From NCBI GenBank assembly GCA_964016885.1, contig OZ024743.1, positions 329,592,001 to 329,656,000 on the forward strand: a DNA stretch of 64,000 nt, read 5' to 3'. Positions 1 to 17,400 of the stretch are shown in pieces (position 1 is the stretch's first letter; each line of letters starts with the position of its first letter). The stretch comes from Eledone cirrhosa (lineage: Eukaryota). The translations under genes and the position numbers were made by a program. Below the pieces are notes generated by a model. It did not search any database. It was not told where the DNA came from and saw nothing but the letters and a program-made list of their open reading frames with translations.

Positions 1-3000
1 AGACGACTATCTGAATACCATCGCAGACCATCACCCCTATCAACCACAGACGACTATCTCAACACCATCGCAGACCATCACCCCTATCAACCACAGACGA
101 CGATCTCAACACCATCGCAGACCATCACCCCTATCAACCACAGACGACGATCTCAATACCAACGCAGACCATCACCCCTATCAACCACAGACGACGATCT
201 CAACACCATTGCAGACCATCACCCCTATCAACCAGAGACGACGATCTCAACACCATCGCAGACCAACACATCTATCAACCACAGACGACGATCTCAACAC
301 CATCGCAGACCATCACCCCTATCAACCACAGACGACGTTCTCAACACCATCGCAGACCATCACCCCTATCAACCACAGACGACGATCTCAACACCATTGC
401 AGACCATCACCCCTATCAACCAGAGACGACGATCTCAACACCATCGCAGACCAACACATCTATCAACCACAGACGACGATCTCAACACCATCGCAGACCA
501 TCATCCCTATCAACCACAGACGACGATCTCAACACCATCGCAGACCATCACCCCTATCAACCATAGACGACTATCTCAACACCATCGCAGACCATCACCC
601 CTATCAACCACAGACGACGATCTCAACACCATCGCAGACCATCACCCCTATCAACCACAGACGACGATCTCAACACCATTGCAGACCATCACCCCTATCA
701 ACCAGAGACGACGATCTCAACACCATCGCAGACCAACACATCTATCAACCACAGACGACGATCTCAACACCATCACAGACCATCACCCCTATCAACCACA
801 GACGACGTTCTCAACACCATCGCAGACCATCACCCCTATCAACCAGAGACGACTATCTCAACACCATCGAAGACCATCACCCCTATCAACCAGAGACGAG
901 GATCTCAACAACATCGCAGACCATTACCCCTATCAACCACAGACGACGATCTCAACACCATCGCAGATCATCACCGCTATCAACCACAGACAACGTTCTC
1001 AACACCATCGCAGACCATCACCCCTACCAACCAGAGACGACGATCTCAACACCATCGCAGACCATTACACCTATCAACCACAGACAACGATCTCAACACC
1101 ATCGCAGACCATCACCCCTATCAACCAGAGACGACGATCTCAACACCATCGCAGACCATCACACCTATCAACCACAGCCGACGATCTCAAAACCATCGCA
1201 GACCATCACCACTATCAACCACAGACAACGATCTCAACACAATCGCAGACCGTCACCCCTATCAACCAGAGACGACGATCTCAACACCATCGCAGACCAT
1301 CACCCCTATCACCCACAGACGAAGTTCTCAACACTATCGCAGACCATCACCCCTATCAACCACAGACGACGATCTCAACACCATTGCAGACCTTCACCCC
1401 TATCAACCAGAGACGACGATCTCAACACCATCGCAGACCAACACATCTATCAACCACAGACGACGATCTCAACACCATCGCAGACCATCACCCCTATCAA
1501 CCACAGACGACGATCTCAACACCATCGCAGACCATCAGCCCTATCAACCACAGACGACTATCTCAATACCATCGCAGGCCATTACCCCTATCAACCACAG
1601 ACGACGATCTCAACACCATCGCAGACCATCACCCCTATCAACCATAGACGACGATCTCAACACCATCGCAGACCATCACCCCTATCAACCACAGACGACG
1701 ATCTCAACACCATCGCAGACCATCACCCCTATCAACCACAGACGACGATCTCAACACCATTGCAGACCATCACCCCTATCAACCAGAGACGACGATCTCA
1801 ACACCATCGCAGACCAACACATCTATCAACCACAGACGACGATCTCAACACCATCGCAGACCATCACCCCTATCAACCACAGACGACTATCTCAACACCA
1901 TCGCAGACCATTACCCCTATCAACCACAGACGACGATCTCAACACCATCACAGATCATCACCGCTATCAACCAGAGACAACGTTCTCAACACCATCGCAG
2001 ACCAACACCCCTATCAACCAGAGACGACGATCTCAACACCATCGCAGACCATTACCCCTATCAACCACAGACGACGATCTCAACACCATCGTAGACCATC
2101 ACCCCTATCAACCAGAGACGACGATCTCAACACCATCGCAGACCATCACACCTATCAACCACAGCCGACGATCTCAACACCATCGCAGATCATCACCACT
2201 ATCAACCACAGACAACGATCTCAACACCATCGCAGACCGTCACCCCTATCAACCAGAGACGACTATCTCAACACCATCGCAGACCATCACCCCTATCAAC
2301 CACAGACGACGTTCTCAACACCATCGCAGACCATCACCCCTATCAACCAGAGACGACTATCTCAACACCATCGAAGACCATCACCCCTATCAACCAGAGA
2401 CGAGGATCTCAACACCATCGCAGATCATCACCCCTATCAACCACAGACGACTATCTCAACACCATCGCAGACCATTACCCCTATCAACCACAGACGACGA
2501 TCTCAACACCATCGCAGATCATCACCGCTATCAACCAGAGACAACGTTCTCAACACCATCGCAGACCAACACCCCTATCAACCAGAGACGACGATCTGAA
2601 CACCATCGCAGACCATTACACCTATCAACCACAGACAATGATCTCAACACCATCGCAGACCATCACCCCTATCAACCAGAGACGACGATCTAAACACCAT
2701 CGCAGACCATCACACCTATCAACCACAGCCGACGATCTCAACACCATCGCAGACCATCACCACTATCAACCACAGACAACGATCTCAACACCATCGCAGA
2801 CCGTCACCCCTATCAACAAGAGACGACGATCTCAACACCATCGCAAAACATCACCCCTATCACCCACAGACGAAGTTCTCAACACTATCGCAGACCATCA
2901 CCCCTATCAATCACAGACGAAGTTCTCAACACCATCGCAGACCATCACCCCTATCAACCAGAGACGAGGATCTCAACACCATTGCAGACCATCACCCCTA

Positions 3001-4319
3001 TCAAACACAGACGACGATCTCAACACCATCGCAGACCATCACCCCTATCAACCACAGACGACGATCTCAACATCATCGCAGACCATCACCCCTATCAACC
3101 ACAGACGACTATCTCAATACCATCGCAGACCATTACCCCTATCAACCACAGACGACGATCTCAACACCATTGCAGACCATCACCCCTATCAACCAGAGAC
3201 GACGATCTCAACACCATCGCAGACCAACACATCTATCAAACACAGACGACGATCTCAACACCATCGCAGACCATCACCCCTATCAACCACAGACGACGTT
3301 CTCAACACCATCGCAGACCATCACCCCTATCAACCAGAGACGACTATCTCAACACCATCGAAGACCATCACCCCTATCAACCAGAGACGAGGATCTCAAC
3401 ACCATCGCAGACCATTACCCCTATCAACCACAGACGACGATCTCAACACCATCGCAGATCATCACCGCTATCAACCAGAGACAACGTTCTCAACACCATC
3501 GCAGACCATCACCCCTATCACCCACAGACGAAGTTCTCAACACTATCGCAGACCATCACCCCTATCAACCACAGACGACGATCTCAACACCATTGCAGAC
3601 CTTCACCCCTATCAACCAGAGACGACGATCTCAACACCATCGCAGACCAACACATCTATCAACCACAGACGACGATGTCAACACCATCGCAGACCATCAC
3701 CCCTATCAACCACAGACGACGATCTCAACACCATCGCAGACCATCACCCCTATCAACCACAGACGACTATCTCAATACCATCGCAGGCCATTACCCCTAT
3801 CAACCACAGACGACGATCTCAACACCATCGCAGACCATCACACCTATCAACCACAGCCGACGATCTCAAAACCATCGCAGACCATCACCACTATCAACCA
3901 CAGACAACGATCTCAACACAATCGCAGACCGTCACCCCTATCAACCAGAGACGACGATCTCAACACCATCGCAGACCATCACCCCTATCACCCACAGACG
4001 AAGTTCTCAACACTATCGCAGACCATCACCCCTATCAACCACAGACGACGATCTCAACACCATTGCAGACCTTCACCCCTATCAACCAGAGACGACGATC
4101 TCAACACCATCGCAGACCAACACATCTATCAACCACAGACGACGATCTCAACACCATCGCAGACCATCACCCCTATCAACCACAGACGACGATCTCAACA
4201 CCATCGCAGACCATCACCCCTATCAACCACAGACGACGATCTCAACACCATCGCAGACCATCACCCCTATCAACCACAGACGACGATCTCAACACCATCG
4301 CAGACCATCACCCCTATCA

Positions 4320-5400
4320 ACCAGAGACGACGATCTCAACACCATTGCAGACCATCACCCCTATCAACCACAGACGACGATCTCAACACCATCGCAGACC
4401 ATCACCCCTATCAACCAGAGACGACGATCTCAACACCATTGCAGACCATCACCCCTATCAACCACAGACGACGATCTCAACACCATCGCAGACCATCACC
4501 CCTATCAACCAGAGACGACGATCTCAACACCATCGCAGACCATCACCCCTATCAACCAGAGACGACGATCTCAACACCATTGCAGACCATCACCCCTATC
4601 AACCACAGACGACGATCTCAACACCATCGCAGACCATCACCCCTATCAACCAGAGACGACGATCTCAACACCATTGCAGACCATCACCCCTATCAACCAC
4701 AGACGACGATCTCAACACCATCGCAGACCATCACCCCTATCAACCAGAGACGACGATCTCAACACCATTGCAGACCATCACCCCTATCAACCACAGACGA
4801 CGATCTCAACACCATCGCAGACCATCACCCCTATCAACCACAGACGACTATCTCAACACCATCGCAGACCATTACACCTATCAACCACAGACGACGATCT
4901 CAACACCATCACAGATCATCACCGCTATCAACCAGAGACAACGTTCTCAACACCATCGCAGACCAACACCCCTATCAACCAGAGACGACGATCTCAACAC
5001 CATCGCAGACCATCACCCCTATCAACCAGAGACGACGATCTCAACACCATTGCAGACCATCACCCCTATCAACCAGAGACGACGATCTCAACACCATCGC
5101 AGACCATCACCCCTATCAACCAGAGACGACGATCTCAACACCATTGCAGACCATCACCCCTATCAACCACAGACGACGATCTCAACACCATCGCAGACCA
5201 TCACCCCTATCAACCAGAGACGACGATCTCAACACCATTGCAGACCATCACCCCTATCAACCACAGACGACGATCTCAACACCATCGCAGACCATCACCC
5301 CTATCAACCAGAGACGACGATCTCAACACCATTGCAGACCATCACCCCTATCAACCACAGACGACGATCTCAACACCATCGCAGACCATCACCCCTATCA
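4320..5400. repeat. Locally homogenised stretch with a 2-monomer (94 bp) alternation
   Basis: In about 4320-4800 and 5030-5380 the monomers differ almost only by CCAG/CCAC and CATTG/CATCG, mostly alternating unit by unit. Confidence 0.75.
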
Positions 5401-8400
5401 ACCACAGACGACTATCTCAACACCATCGCAGACCATTACACCTATCAACCACAGACGACGATCTCAACACCATCACAGATCATCACCGCTATCAACCAGA
5501 GACAACGTTCTCAACACCATCGCAGACCATCACCCCTATCAACCACAGACGACTATCTCAACACCATCGCAGACCATTACACCTATCAACCACAGACGAC
5601 GATCTCAACACCATCACAGATCATCACCGCTATCAACCAGAGACAACGTTCTCAACACCATCGCAGACCATCACCCCTATCAACCAGAGACGAGGATCTC
5701 AACACCATCGCAGACCATCACACCTATCAACCACAGACGACAATCTCAACACCATCGCAGACCAACACCCCTATCAACCAGAGACGACGATCTCAACACC
5801 ATCGCAGACCATTACCCCTATCAACCACAGACGACGATCTCAACACCATCGCAGACCATCACCCCTATCAACCAGAGACGACGATCTCAACACCATCGCA
5901 GACCATCACACCTATCAACCACAGACGACGATCTCAACACCATCGCAGATCATCACCACTATCAACCACAGACAACGATCTCAACACCATCGCAGACCGT
6001 CACCCCTATCAACCAGAGACGACGATCTCAACACTATCGCAGACCATCACCCCTATCAACCACAGACGAAGTTCTCAACACCATCGCAGACCATCACCCC
6101 TATCAACCAGAGACGAGGATCTCAACACCATCGCAGACCATCACCCCTATCAAACACAGACGACGATCTCAACACCATCGCAGATCATCACCCCTATCAA
6201 CCACAGACGACTATCTCAACACCATCGCAGACCATTACCCCTATCAACCACAGACGACGATCTCAACACCATCGCAGATCATCACCGCTATCAACCAGAG
6301 ACAACGTTCTCAACACCATCGCAGACCAACACCCCTATCAACCAGAGACGACGATCTGAACACCATCGCAGACCATTACACCTATCAACCACAGACAATG
6401 ATCTCAACACCATCGCAGACCATCACCCCTATCAACCAGAGACGACGATCTAAACACCATCGCAGACCATCACACCTATCAACCACAGCCGACGATCTCA
6501 ACACCATCGCAGACCATCACCACTATCAACCACAGACAACGATCTCAACACCATCGCAGACCGTCACCCCTATCAACAAGAGACGACGATCTCAACACCA
6601 TCGCAAAACATCACCCCTATCACCCACAGACGAAGTTCTCAACACTATCGCAGACCATCACCCCTATCAATCACAGACGAAGTTCTCAACACCATCGCAG
6701 ACCATCACCCCTATCAACCAGAGACGAGGATCTCAACACCATTGCAGACCATCACCCCTATCAAACACAGACGACGATCTCAACACCATCGCAGACCATC
6801 ACCCCTATCAACCACAGACGACGATCTCAACATCATCGCAGACCATCACCCCTATCAACCACAGACGACTATCTCAATACCATCGCAGACCATTACCCCT
6901 ATCAACCACAGACGACGATCTCAACACCATTGCAGACCATCACCCCTATCAACCAGAGACGACGATCTCAACACCATCGCAGACCAACACATCTATCAAA
7001 CACAGACGACGATCTCAACACCATCGCAGACCATCACCCCTATCAACCACAGACGACGTTCTCAACACCATCGCAGACCATCACCCCTATCAACCAGAGA
7101 CGACTATCTCAACACCATCGAAGACCATCACCCCTATCAACCAGAGACGAGGATCTCAACACCATCGCAGACCATTACCCCTATCAACCACAGACGACGA
7201 TCTCAACACCATCGCAGATCATCACCGCTATCAACCAGAGACAACGTTCTCAACACCATCGCAGACCATCACCCCTATCACCCACAGACGAAGTTCTCAA
7301 CACCATCGCAGACCAACACATCTATCAACCACAGACGACGATCTCAACACCATCGCAGACCATCACCCCTATCAACCACAGACGACGATCTCAACACCAT
7401 CGCAGACCATCACCCCTATCAACCACAGACGACTATCTCAATACCATCGCAGGCCATTACCCCTATCAACCACAGACGACGATCTCAACACCATCGCAGA
7501 CCATCACACCTATCAACCACAGCCGACGATCTCAAAACCATCGCAGACCATCACCACTATCAACCACAGACAACGATCTCAACACAATCGCAGACCGTCA
7601 CCCCTATCAACCAGAGACGACGATCTCAACACCATCGCAGACCATCACCCCTATCACCCACAGACGAAGTTCTCAACACTATCGCAGACCATCACCCCTA
7701 TCAACCACAGACGACGATCTCAACACCATTGCAGACCTTCACCCCTATCAACCAGAGACGACGATCTCAACACCATCGCAGACCAACACATCTATCAACC
7801 ACAGACGACGATCTCAACACCATCGCAGACCATCACCCCTATCAACCACAGACGACGATCTCAACACCATCGCAGACCATCACCCCTATCAACCACAGAC
7901 GACTATCTCAATACCATCGCAGGCCATTACCCCTATCAACCACAGACAACGATCTCAACACCATCGCAGACCATCACCCCTATCAACCACAGACGACGAT
8001 CTCAACACCATCGCAGACCATCACCCCTATCAACCACAGACGACGATCTCAACACCATCGCAGACCATCACCCCTATCAACCACAGACGACGATCTCAAC
8101 ACCATCGCAGACCATCACCCCTATCAACCACAGACGACTATCTCAATACCATCGCAGACCATCACCCCTATCAACCACAGACGACGATCTCAACACCATC
8201 GCAGACCAACACATCTATCAACCACAGACGACGATCTCAACACCATCGCAGACCATCACCCCTATCAACCACAGACGACTATCTCAACACCATCGCAGAC
8301 CATTACACCTATCAACCACAGACGACGATCTCAACACCATCACAGATCATCACCGCTATCAACCAGAGACAACGTTCTCAACACCATCGCAGACCAACAC

Positions 8401-11400
8401 CCCTATCAACCAGAGACGAGGATCTCAACACCATCGCAGACCATCACACCTATCAACCACAGACGACGATCTCAACACCATCGCAGACCATCACCCCTAT
8501 CAACCACAGACGACTATCTCAACACCATCGCAGACCATTACACCTATCAACCACAGACGACGATCTCAACACCATCACAGATCATCACCGCTATCAACCA
8601 GAGACAACGTTCTCAACACCATCGCAGACCAACACCCCTATCAACCAGAGACGACGATCTCAACACCATCGCAGACCATTACCCCTATCAACCACAGACG
8701 ACGATCTCAACACAATCGCAGACCATCACCCCTATCAACCAGAGACGACGATCTCAACACCATCGCAGACCATCACACCTATCAACCACAGCCGACGATC
8801 TCAACACCATCGCAGATCATCACCACTATCAACCACAGACAACGATCTCAACACCATCGCAGACCGTCACCCCTATCAACCAGAGACGACGATCTCAACA
8901 CTATCGCAGACCATCACCCCTATCAACCACAGACGAAGTTCTCAACACCATCGCAGACCATCACCCCTATCAACCAGAGACGACGATCTCAACACCATCG
9001 CAGACCATCACCCCTATCAACCACAGACGACGATCTCAACACCATCGCAGACCATCACCCCTATCAACCACAGACGACGATCTCAACACCATCGCAGACC
9101 ATCACCCCTATCAACCAGAGACGAGGATCTCAACACCATCGCAGACCATCACCCCTATCAAACACAGACGACGATCTCAACACCATCGCAGAAAATCACC
9201 CCTATCAACCACAGACGACTATCTCAACACCATCGCAGACCATTACCCCTATCAACCACAGACGACGATCTCAACACCATCGCAGACCATCACCCCTATC
9301 AACCACAGACGACTATCTCAATACCATCGCAGACCATTACCCCTATCAACCACAGACGACGATCTCAACCCCATCGCAGACCATCACCCCTATCATCCAC
9401 AGACGACTATCTCAACACCATCGCAGACCATCACCCCTATCAACCACAGACGACGATCCCAACACCATCGCAGACCATCACCCCTATCAACCACAGACGA
9501 CGATCTCAACACCATCGTAGACCATCACCCCTATCAACCACAGACGACGATCTCAACACCATTGCAGACCATCACCCCTATCAACCAGAGACGACGATCT
9601 CAACACCATCGCAGACCAACACATCTATCAACCACAGACGACGATCTCAACACCATCGCAGACCATCACCCCTATCAACCACAGACGACGTTCTCAACAC
9701 CATCGCCGACCATCACCCCTATCAACCACAGACGACGATCTCAACACCATTGCAGACCATCACCCCTATCAACCAGAGACGACGATCTCAACACCATCGC
9801 AGACCAACACATCTATCAACCACAGACGACGTTCTCAACACCATCGCCGACCATCACCCCTATCAACCACAGACGACGATCTCAACACCATTGCAGACCA
9901 TCACCCCTATCAACCAGAGACGACGATCTCAACACCATCGCAGACCAACACATCTATCAACCACAGACGACGATCTCAACACCATCGCAGAACATCACCC
10001 CTATCAACCACAGACGACTATCTCAATACCATCGCAGACCATTACCCCTATCAACCACAGAAGACGATCTCAACACCATCGCAGACCATCACCCCTATCA
10101 ACCACAGACGACTATCTCAACACCATCGCAGACCATCACCCCTATCAACCACAGACGACGATCTCAACACCATCGCAGACCATCACCCCTATCAACCACA
10201 GACGACGATCTCAACACCATCGCAGACCATCACCCCTATCAACCACAGACGACGATCTCAACACCATTGCAGACCATCACCCCTATCAACCACAGACGAC
10301 GATCTCAACACCATTGCAGACCATCACCCCTATCAACCAGAGGCGACGATCTTAACACCATCGAAAACCAACACATCTATCAACCACAGACGACTATCTC
10401 AACACCATCGCAGACCATCACCCCTATCAACCACAGACGACGTTCTCAACACCATCGCAGACCATCACCCCTATCAACCAGAGACGACTATCTCAACACC
10501 ATCGAAGACCATCACCCCTATCAACCAGAGACGAGGATCTCAACACCATCGCAGATCATCACCCCTATCAACCACAGACGACTATCTCAACACCATCGCA
10601 GACCATTACCCCTATCAACCACAGACGACGATCTCAACACCATCGCAGATCATCACCGCTATCAACCAGAGACAACGTTCTCAACACCATCGCAGACCAA
10701 CACCCCTATCAACCAGAGACGACGATCTGAACACCATCGCAGACCATTACACCTATCAACCACAGACAATGATCTCAACACCATCGCAGACCATCACCCC
10801 TATCAACCAGAGACGACGATCTAAACACCATCGCAGACCATCACACCTATCAACCACAGCCGACGATCTCAACACCATCGCAGACCATCACCACTATCAA
10901 CCACAGACAACGATCTCAACACCATCGCAGACCGTCACCCCTATCAACAAGAGACGACGATCTCAACACCATCGCAAAACATCACCCCTATCACCCACAG
11001 ACGAAGTTCTCAACACTATCGCAGACCATCACCCCTATCAATCACAGACGAAGTTCTCAACACCATCGCAGACCATCACCCCTATCAACCAGAGACGAGG
11101 ATCTCAACACCATCGCAGACCATCACCCCTATCAAACACAGACGACGATCTCAACACCATCGCAGACCATCACCCCTATCAACCACAGACGACGATCTCA
11201 ACACCATCGCAGACCATCACCCCTATCAACCACAGACGACTATCTCAATACCATCGCAGACCATTACCCCTATCAACCACAGACGACGATCTCAACACCA
11301 TTGCAGACCATCACCCCTATCAACCAGAGACGACGATCTCAACACCATCGCAGACCAACACATCTATCAACCACAGACGACGATCTCAACACCATCGCAG

Positions 11401-14400
11401 ACCATCACCCCTATCAACCACAGACGACGTTCTCAACACCATCGCAGACCATCACCCCTATCAACCAGAGACGACTATCTCAACACCATCGAAGACCATC
11501 ACCCCTATCAACCAGAGACGAGGATCTCAACACCATCGCAGACCATTACCCCTATCAACCACAGACGACGATCTCAACACCATCGCAGATCATCACCGCT
11601 ATCAACCAGAGACAACGTTCTCAACACCATCGCAGACCATCACCCCTACCAACCAGAGACGACGATCTCAACACCATCGCAGACCATTACACCTATCAAC
11701 CACAGACAACGATCTCAACACCATCGCAGACCATCACCCCTATCAACCAGAGACGACGATCTCAACACCATCGCAGACCATCACACCTATCAACCACAGC
11801 CGACGATCTCAAAACCATCGCAGACCATCACCACTATCAACCACAGACAACGATCTCAACACAATCGCAGACCGTCACCCCTATCAACCAGAGACGACGA
11901 TCTCAACACCATCGCAGACCATCACCCCTATCACCCACAGACGAAGTTCTCAACACTATCGCAGACCATCACCCCTATCAACCACAGACGACGATCTCAA
12001 CACCATTGCAGACCTTCACCCCTATCAACCAGAGACGACGATCTCAACACCATCGCAGACCATCACCCCTATCAACCACAGACGACTATCTCAATACCAT
12101 CGCAGGCCATTACCCCTATCAACCACAGACGACGATCTCAACACCATCGCAGACCATCACCCCTATCAACCACAGACGACGATCTCAACACCATCGCAGA
12201 CCATCACCCCTATCAACCACAGACGACGATCTCAACACCATCGCAGACCATCACCCCTATCAACCACAGACGACGATCTCAACACCATTGCAGACCATCA
12301 CCCCTATCAACCAGAGACGACGATCTCAACACCATCGCAGACCAACACATCTATCAACCACAGACGACGATCTCAACACCATCGCAGACCATCACCCCTA
12401 TCAACCACAGACGACTATCTCAACACCATCGCAGACCATTACCCCTATCAACCACAGACGACGATCTCAACACCATCACAGATCATCACCGCTATCAACC
12501 AGAGACAACGTTCTCAACACCATCGCAGACCAACACCCCTATCAACCAGAGACGAGGATCTCAACACCATCGCAGACCATCACACCTATCAACCACAGAC
12601 GACAATCTCAACACCATCGCAGACCAACACCCCTATCAACCAGAGACGACGATCTCAACACCATCGCAGACCATTACCCCTATCAACCACAGACGACGAT
12701 CTCAACACCATCGCAGACCATCACCCCTATCAACCAGAGACGACGATCTCAACACCATCGCAGACCATCACACCTATCAACCACAGCCGACGATCTCAAC
12801 ACCATCGCAGATCATCACCACTATCAACCACAGACAACGATCTCAACACCATCGCAGACCGTCACCCCTATCAACCAGAGACGACGATCTCAACACCATC
12901 GCAGACCATCACCCCTATCACCCACAGACGAAGTTCTCAACACTATTGCAGACCATCACCCCTATCAACCACAGACGAAGTTCTCAACACCATCGCAGAC
13001 CATCACCCCTATCAACCAGAGACGAGGATCTCAACACCATCGCAGACCATCACCCCTATCAAACACAGACGACGATCTCAACACCATCGCAGACCATCAC
13101 CCCTATCAACCACAGACGACGATCTCAACACCATCGCAGACCATCACCCCTATCAACCACAGACGACTATCTCAATACCATCGCAGACCATTACCCCTAT
13201 CAACCACAGACAACGATCTCAACACCATCGCAGACCATCACCCCTATCAATCACAGACGACTATCTCAACACCATCGCAGACCATCACCCCTATCAACCA
13301 CAGACGACTATCTCAACACCATCGCAGACCATTACCCCTATCAACCACAGACGACGATCTCAACACCATCGCAGACCATCACCCCTATCAACCACAGACG
13401 ACTATCTCAATACCATCGCAGACCATTACCCCTATCAACCACAGACGACGATCTCAACACCATCGCAGACCATCACCCCTATCAACCACAGACGACTATC
13501 TCAACACCATCGCAGACCATTACCCCTATCAACCACAGACGACGATCTCAACACCATCGCAGACCATCACCCCTATCAACCACAGACGACTATCTCAACA
13601 CCATCGCAGACCATCACCCCTATCAACCACAGACGACTATCTCAACACCATTGCAGACCATCACCCCTATCAACCAGAGACGACGATCTCAACACCATCG
13701 CAGACCAACACATCTATCAACCACAGACGACGATCTCAACACCATCGCAGACCATCACCCCTATCAACCACAGACGACGTTCTCAACACCATCGCCGACC
13801 ATCACCCCTATCAACCACAGACGACGATCTCAACACCATTGCAGACCATCACCCCTATCAACCAGAGACGACGATCTCAACACCATCGCAGACCAACACA
13901 TCTATCAACCACAGACGACGATCTCAACTCCATCGCAGACCATCACCCCTATCAACCACAGACGACGATCTCAACACCATCGCAGAACATCACCCCTATC
14001 AACCACAGACGACTATCTCAATACCATCGCAGACCATTACCCCTATCAACCACAGAAGACGATCTCAACACCATCGCAGACCATCACCCCTATCAACCAC
14101 AGACGACTATCTCAACACCATCGCAGACCATCACCCCTATCAACCACAGACGACGATCTCAACACCATCGCAGACCATCACCCCTATCAACCACAGACGA
14201 CGATCTCAACACCATCGCAGACCATCACCCCTATCAACCACAGACGACGATCTCAACACCATTGCAGACCATCACCCCTATCAACCAGAGGCGACGATCT
14301 CAACACCATCGCAGACCAACACATCTATCAACCACAGACGACTATCTCAACACCATCGCAGACCATCACCCCTATCAACCACAGACGACGTTCTCAACAC

Positions 14401-17400
14401 CATCGCAGACCATCACCCCTATCAACCAGAGACGACTATCTCAACACCATCGAAGACCATCACCCCTATCAACCAGAGACGAGGATCTCAACACCATCGC
14501 AGATCATCACCCCTATCAACCACAGACGACTATCTCAACACCATCGCAGACCATTACCCCTATCAACCACAGACGACGATCTCAACACCATCGCAGATCA
14601 TCACCGCTATCAACCAGAGACGACGATCTGAACACCATCGCAGACCATTACACCTATCAACCACAGACAATGATCTCAACACCATCGCAGACCATCACCC
14701 CTATCAACCAGAGACGACGATCTAAACACCATCGCAGACCATCACACCTATCAACCACAGCCGACGATCTCAACACCATCGCAGACCATCACCACTATCA
14801 ATCACAGACAACGATCTCAACACCATCGCAGACCGTCACCCCTATCAACAAGAGACGACGATCTCAACACCATCGCAAAACATCACCCCTATCACCCACA
14901 GACGAAGTTCTCAACACTATCGCAGACCATCACCCCTATCAATCACAGACGAAGTTCTCAACACCATCTTAGACCATCACCCCTATCAACCAGAGACGAG
15001 GATCTCAACACCATCGCAGACCATCACCCCTATCAAACACAGACGACGATCTCAACACCATCGCAGACCATCACCCCTATCAACCACAGACGACGATCTC
15101 AACACCATCGCAGACCATCACCCCTATCAACCACAGACAATGATTTCAACACCATCGCAGACCATCACCCCTATCAACCACAGCCGACGATCTCAACACC
15201 ATCGCAGACCATCACCACTATCAACCACAGACAACGATCTCAACACCATCGCAGACCGTCACCCCTATCAACAAGAGACGACGATCTCAACACCATCGCA
15301 AAACATCACCCCTATCACCCACAGACGAAGTTCTCAACACTATCGCAGACCATCACCCCTATCAATCACAGACGAAGTTCTCAACACCATCGCAGACCAT
15401 CACCCCTATCAACCAGAGACGAGGATCTCAACACCATCGCAGACCATCACCCCTATCAAACACAGACGACGATCTCAACACCATCGCAGACCATCACCCC
15501 TATCAACCACAGACGACGATCTCAACACCATCGCAGACCATCACCCCTATCAACCACAGACGACTATCTCAATACCATCGCAGACCATTACCCCTATCAA
15601 CCACAGACGACGACCTCAACACCATCGCAGACCATCACCCCTATCAACCACAGACGACTATCTCAACACCATCGCAGACCATCACCCCTATCAACCACAG
15701 ACGACGATCTCAACATCATCGCAGACCATCACCCCTATCAACCACAGACGACGATCTCAACACCATCGCAGACCATCACCCCTATCAACCACAGACGACG
15801 ATCTCAACACCATTGCAGACCATCACCCCTATCAACCAGAGACGACGATCTCAACACCATCGCAGACCAACACATCTATCAACCACAGACGACGATCTCA
15901 ACACCATCGCAGACCATCACCCCTATCAACCACAGACGACGATCTCAACACCATCGCAGAACGTCACCCCTATCAACCACAGACGACTATCTCAATACCA
16001 TCGCAGACCATTACCCCTATCAACCACAGACGACGATCTCAACACCATCGCAGACCATCACCCCTATCAACCACAGACGACTATCTCAACACCATCGCAG
16101 ACCATCACCCCTATCAACCACAGACGACGATCTCAACACCATTGCAGACCATCACCCCTATCAACCAGAGACGACGATCTCAACACCATCGCAGACCAAC
16201 ACATCTATCAACCACAGATGACTATCTCAACACCATCGCAGACCATCACCCCTATCAACCACAGACGACGTTCTCAACACCATCGCAGACCATCACCCCT
16301 ATCAACCAGAGACGACTATCTCAACACCATCGAAGACCATCATCCCTATCAACCAGAGACGAGGATCTCAACACCATCGCAGATCATCACCCCTATCAAC
16401 CACAGACGACTATCTCAACACCATCGCAGACCATTACCCCTATCAACCACAGACGACGATCTCAACACCATCGCAGATCATCACCACTATCAACCAGAGA
16501 CAACGTTCTCAACACCATCGCAGACCAACACCCCTATCAACCAGAGACGACGATCTCAACACCATCGCAGACCATTACACCTATCAACCACAGACAACGA
16601 TCTCAACACCATCGCAGACCATCACCCCTATCAACCAGAGACGACGATCTCAACACCATCGCAGACCATCACACCTATCAACCACAGCCGACGATCTCAA
16701 CACCATCGCAGACCATCACCACTATCAACCACAGACAACGATCTCAACACCATCGCAGACCGTCACCCCTATCAACCAGAGTCGACGATCTCAACACCAT
16801 CGCAAACCATCACTCCTATCACCCACAGACGAAGTTCTCAACACTATCGCAGACCATCACCCCTATCAACCACAGACGAAGTTCTCAACACCATCGCAGA
16901 CCATCACCCCTATCAACCAGAGACGAGGATCTCAACACCATCGCAGACCATCACCCCTATCAAACACAGACGACGATCTCAACACCATCGCAGACCATCA
17001 CCCCTATCAACCAGAGACGAGGATCTCAACACCATCGCAGACCATCACCCCTATCAAACACAGACGACGATCTCAACACCATCGCAGACCATCACCCCTA
17101 TCAACCACAGACGATGATATCAACATCATCGCAGACCATCACCCCTATCAACCACAGACGACGATCTCAACACCATCGCAGACCATCACCCCTATCAACC
17201 AGAGACGACGATCTCAACACCATCGCAGACCAACACATCTATCAACCACAGACAACGATCTCAACACCATCGCAGACCATCACCCCTATCAACCACAGAC
17301 GACGTTCTCAACACCATCGCAGACCATCACCCCTATCAACCAGAGACGACTATCTCAACACCATCGAAGACCATCACCCCTATCAACCAGAGACGAGGAT

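Noticed and set aside
235-248. GAGA-CGACGA-TCTC hairpin in CCAG-variant monomers
   Set aside because: The stem is only 4 bp and present in a subset of monomers. There is no covariation or U-tract, so it does not support a terminator or structured RNA.
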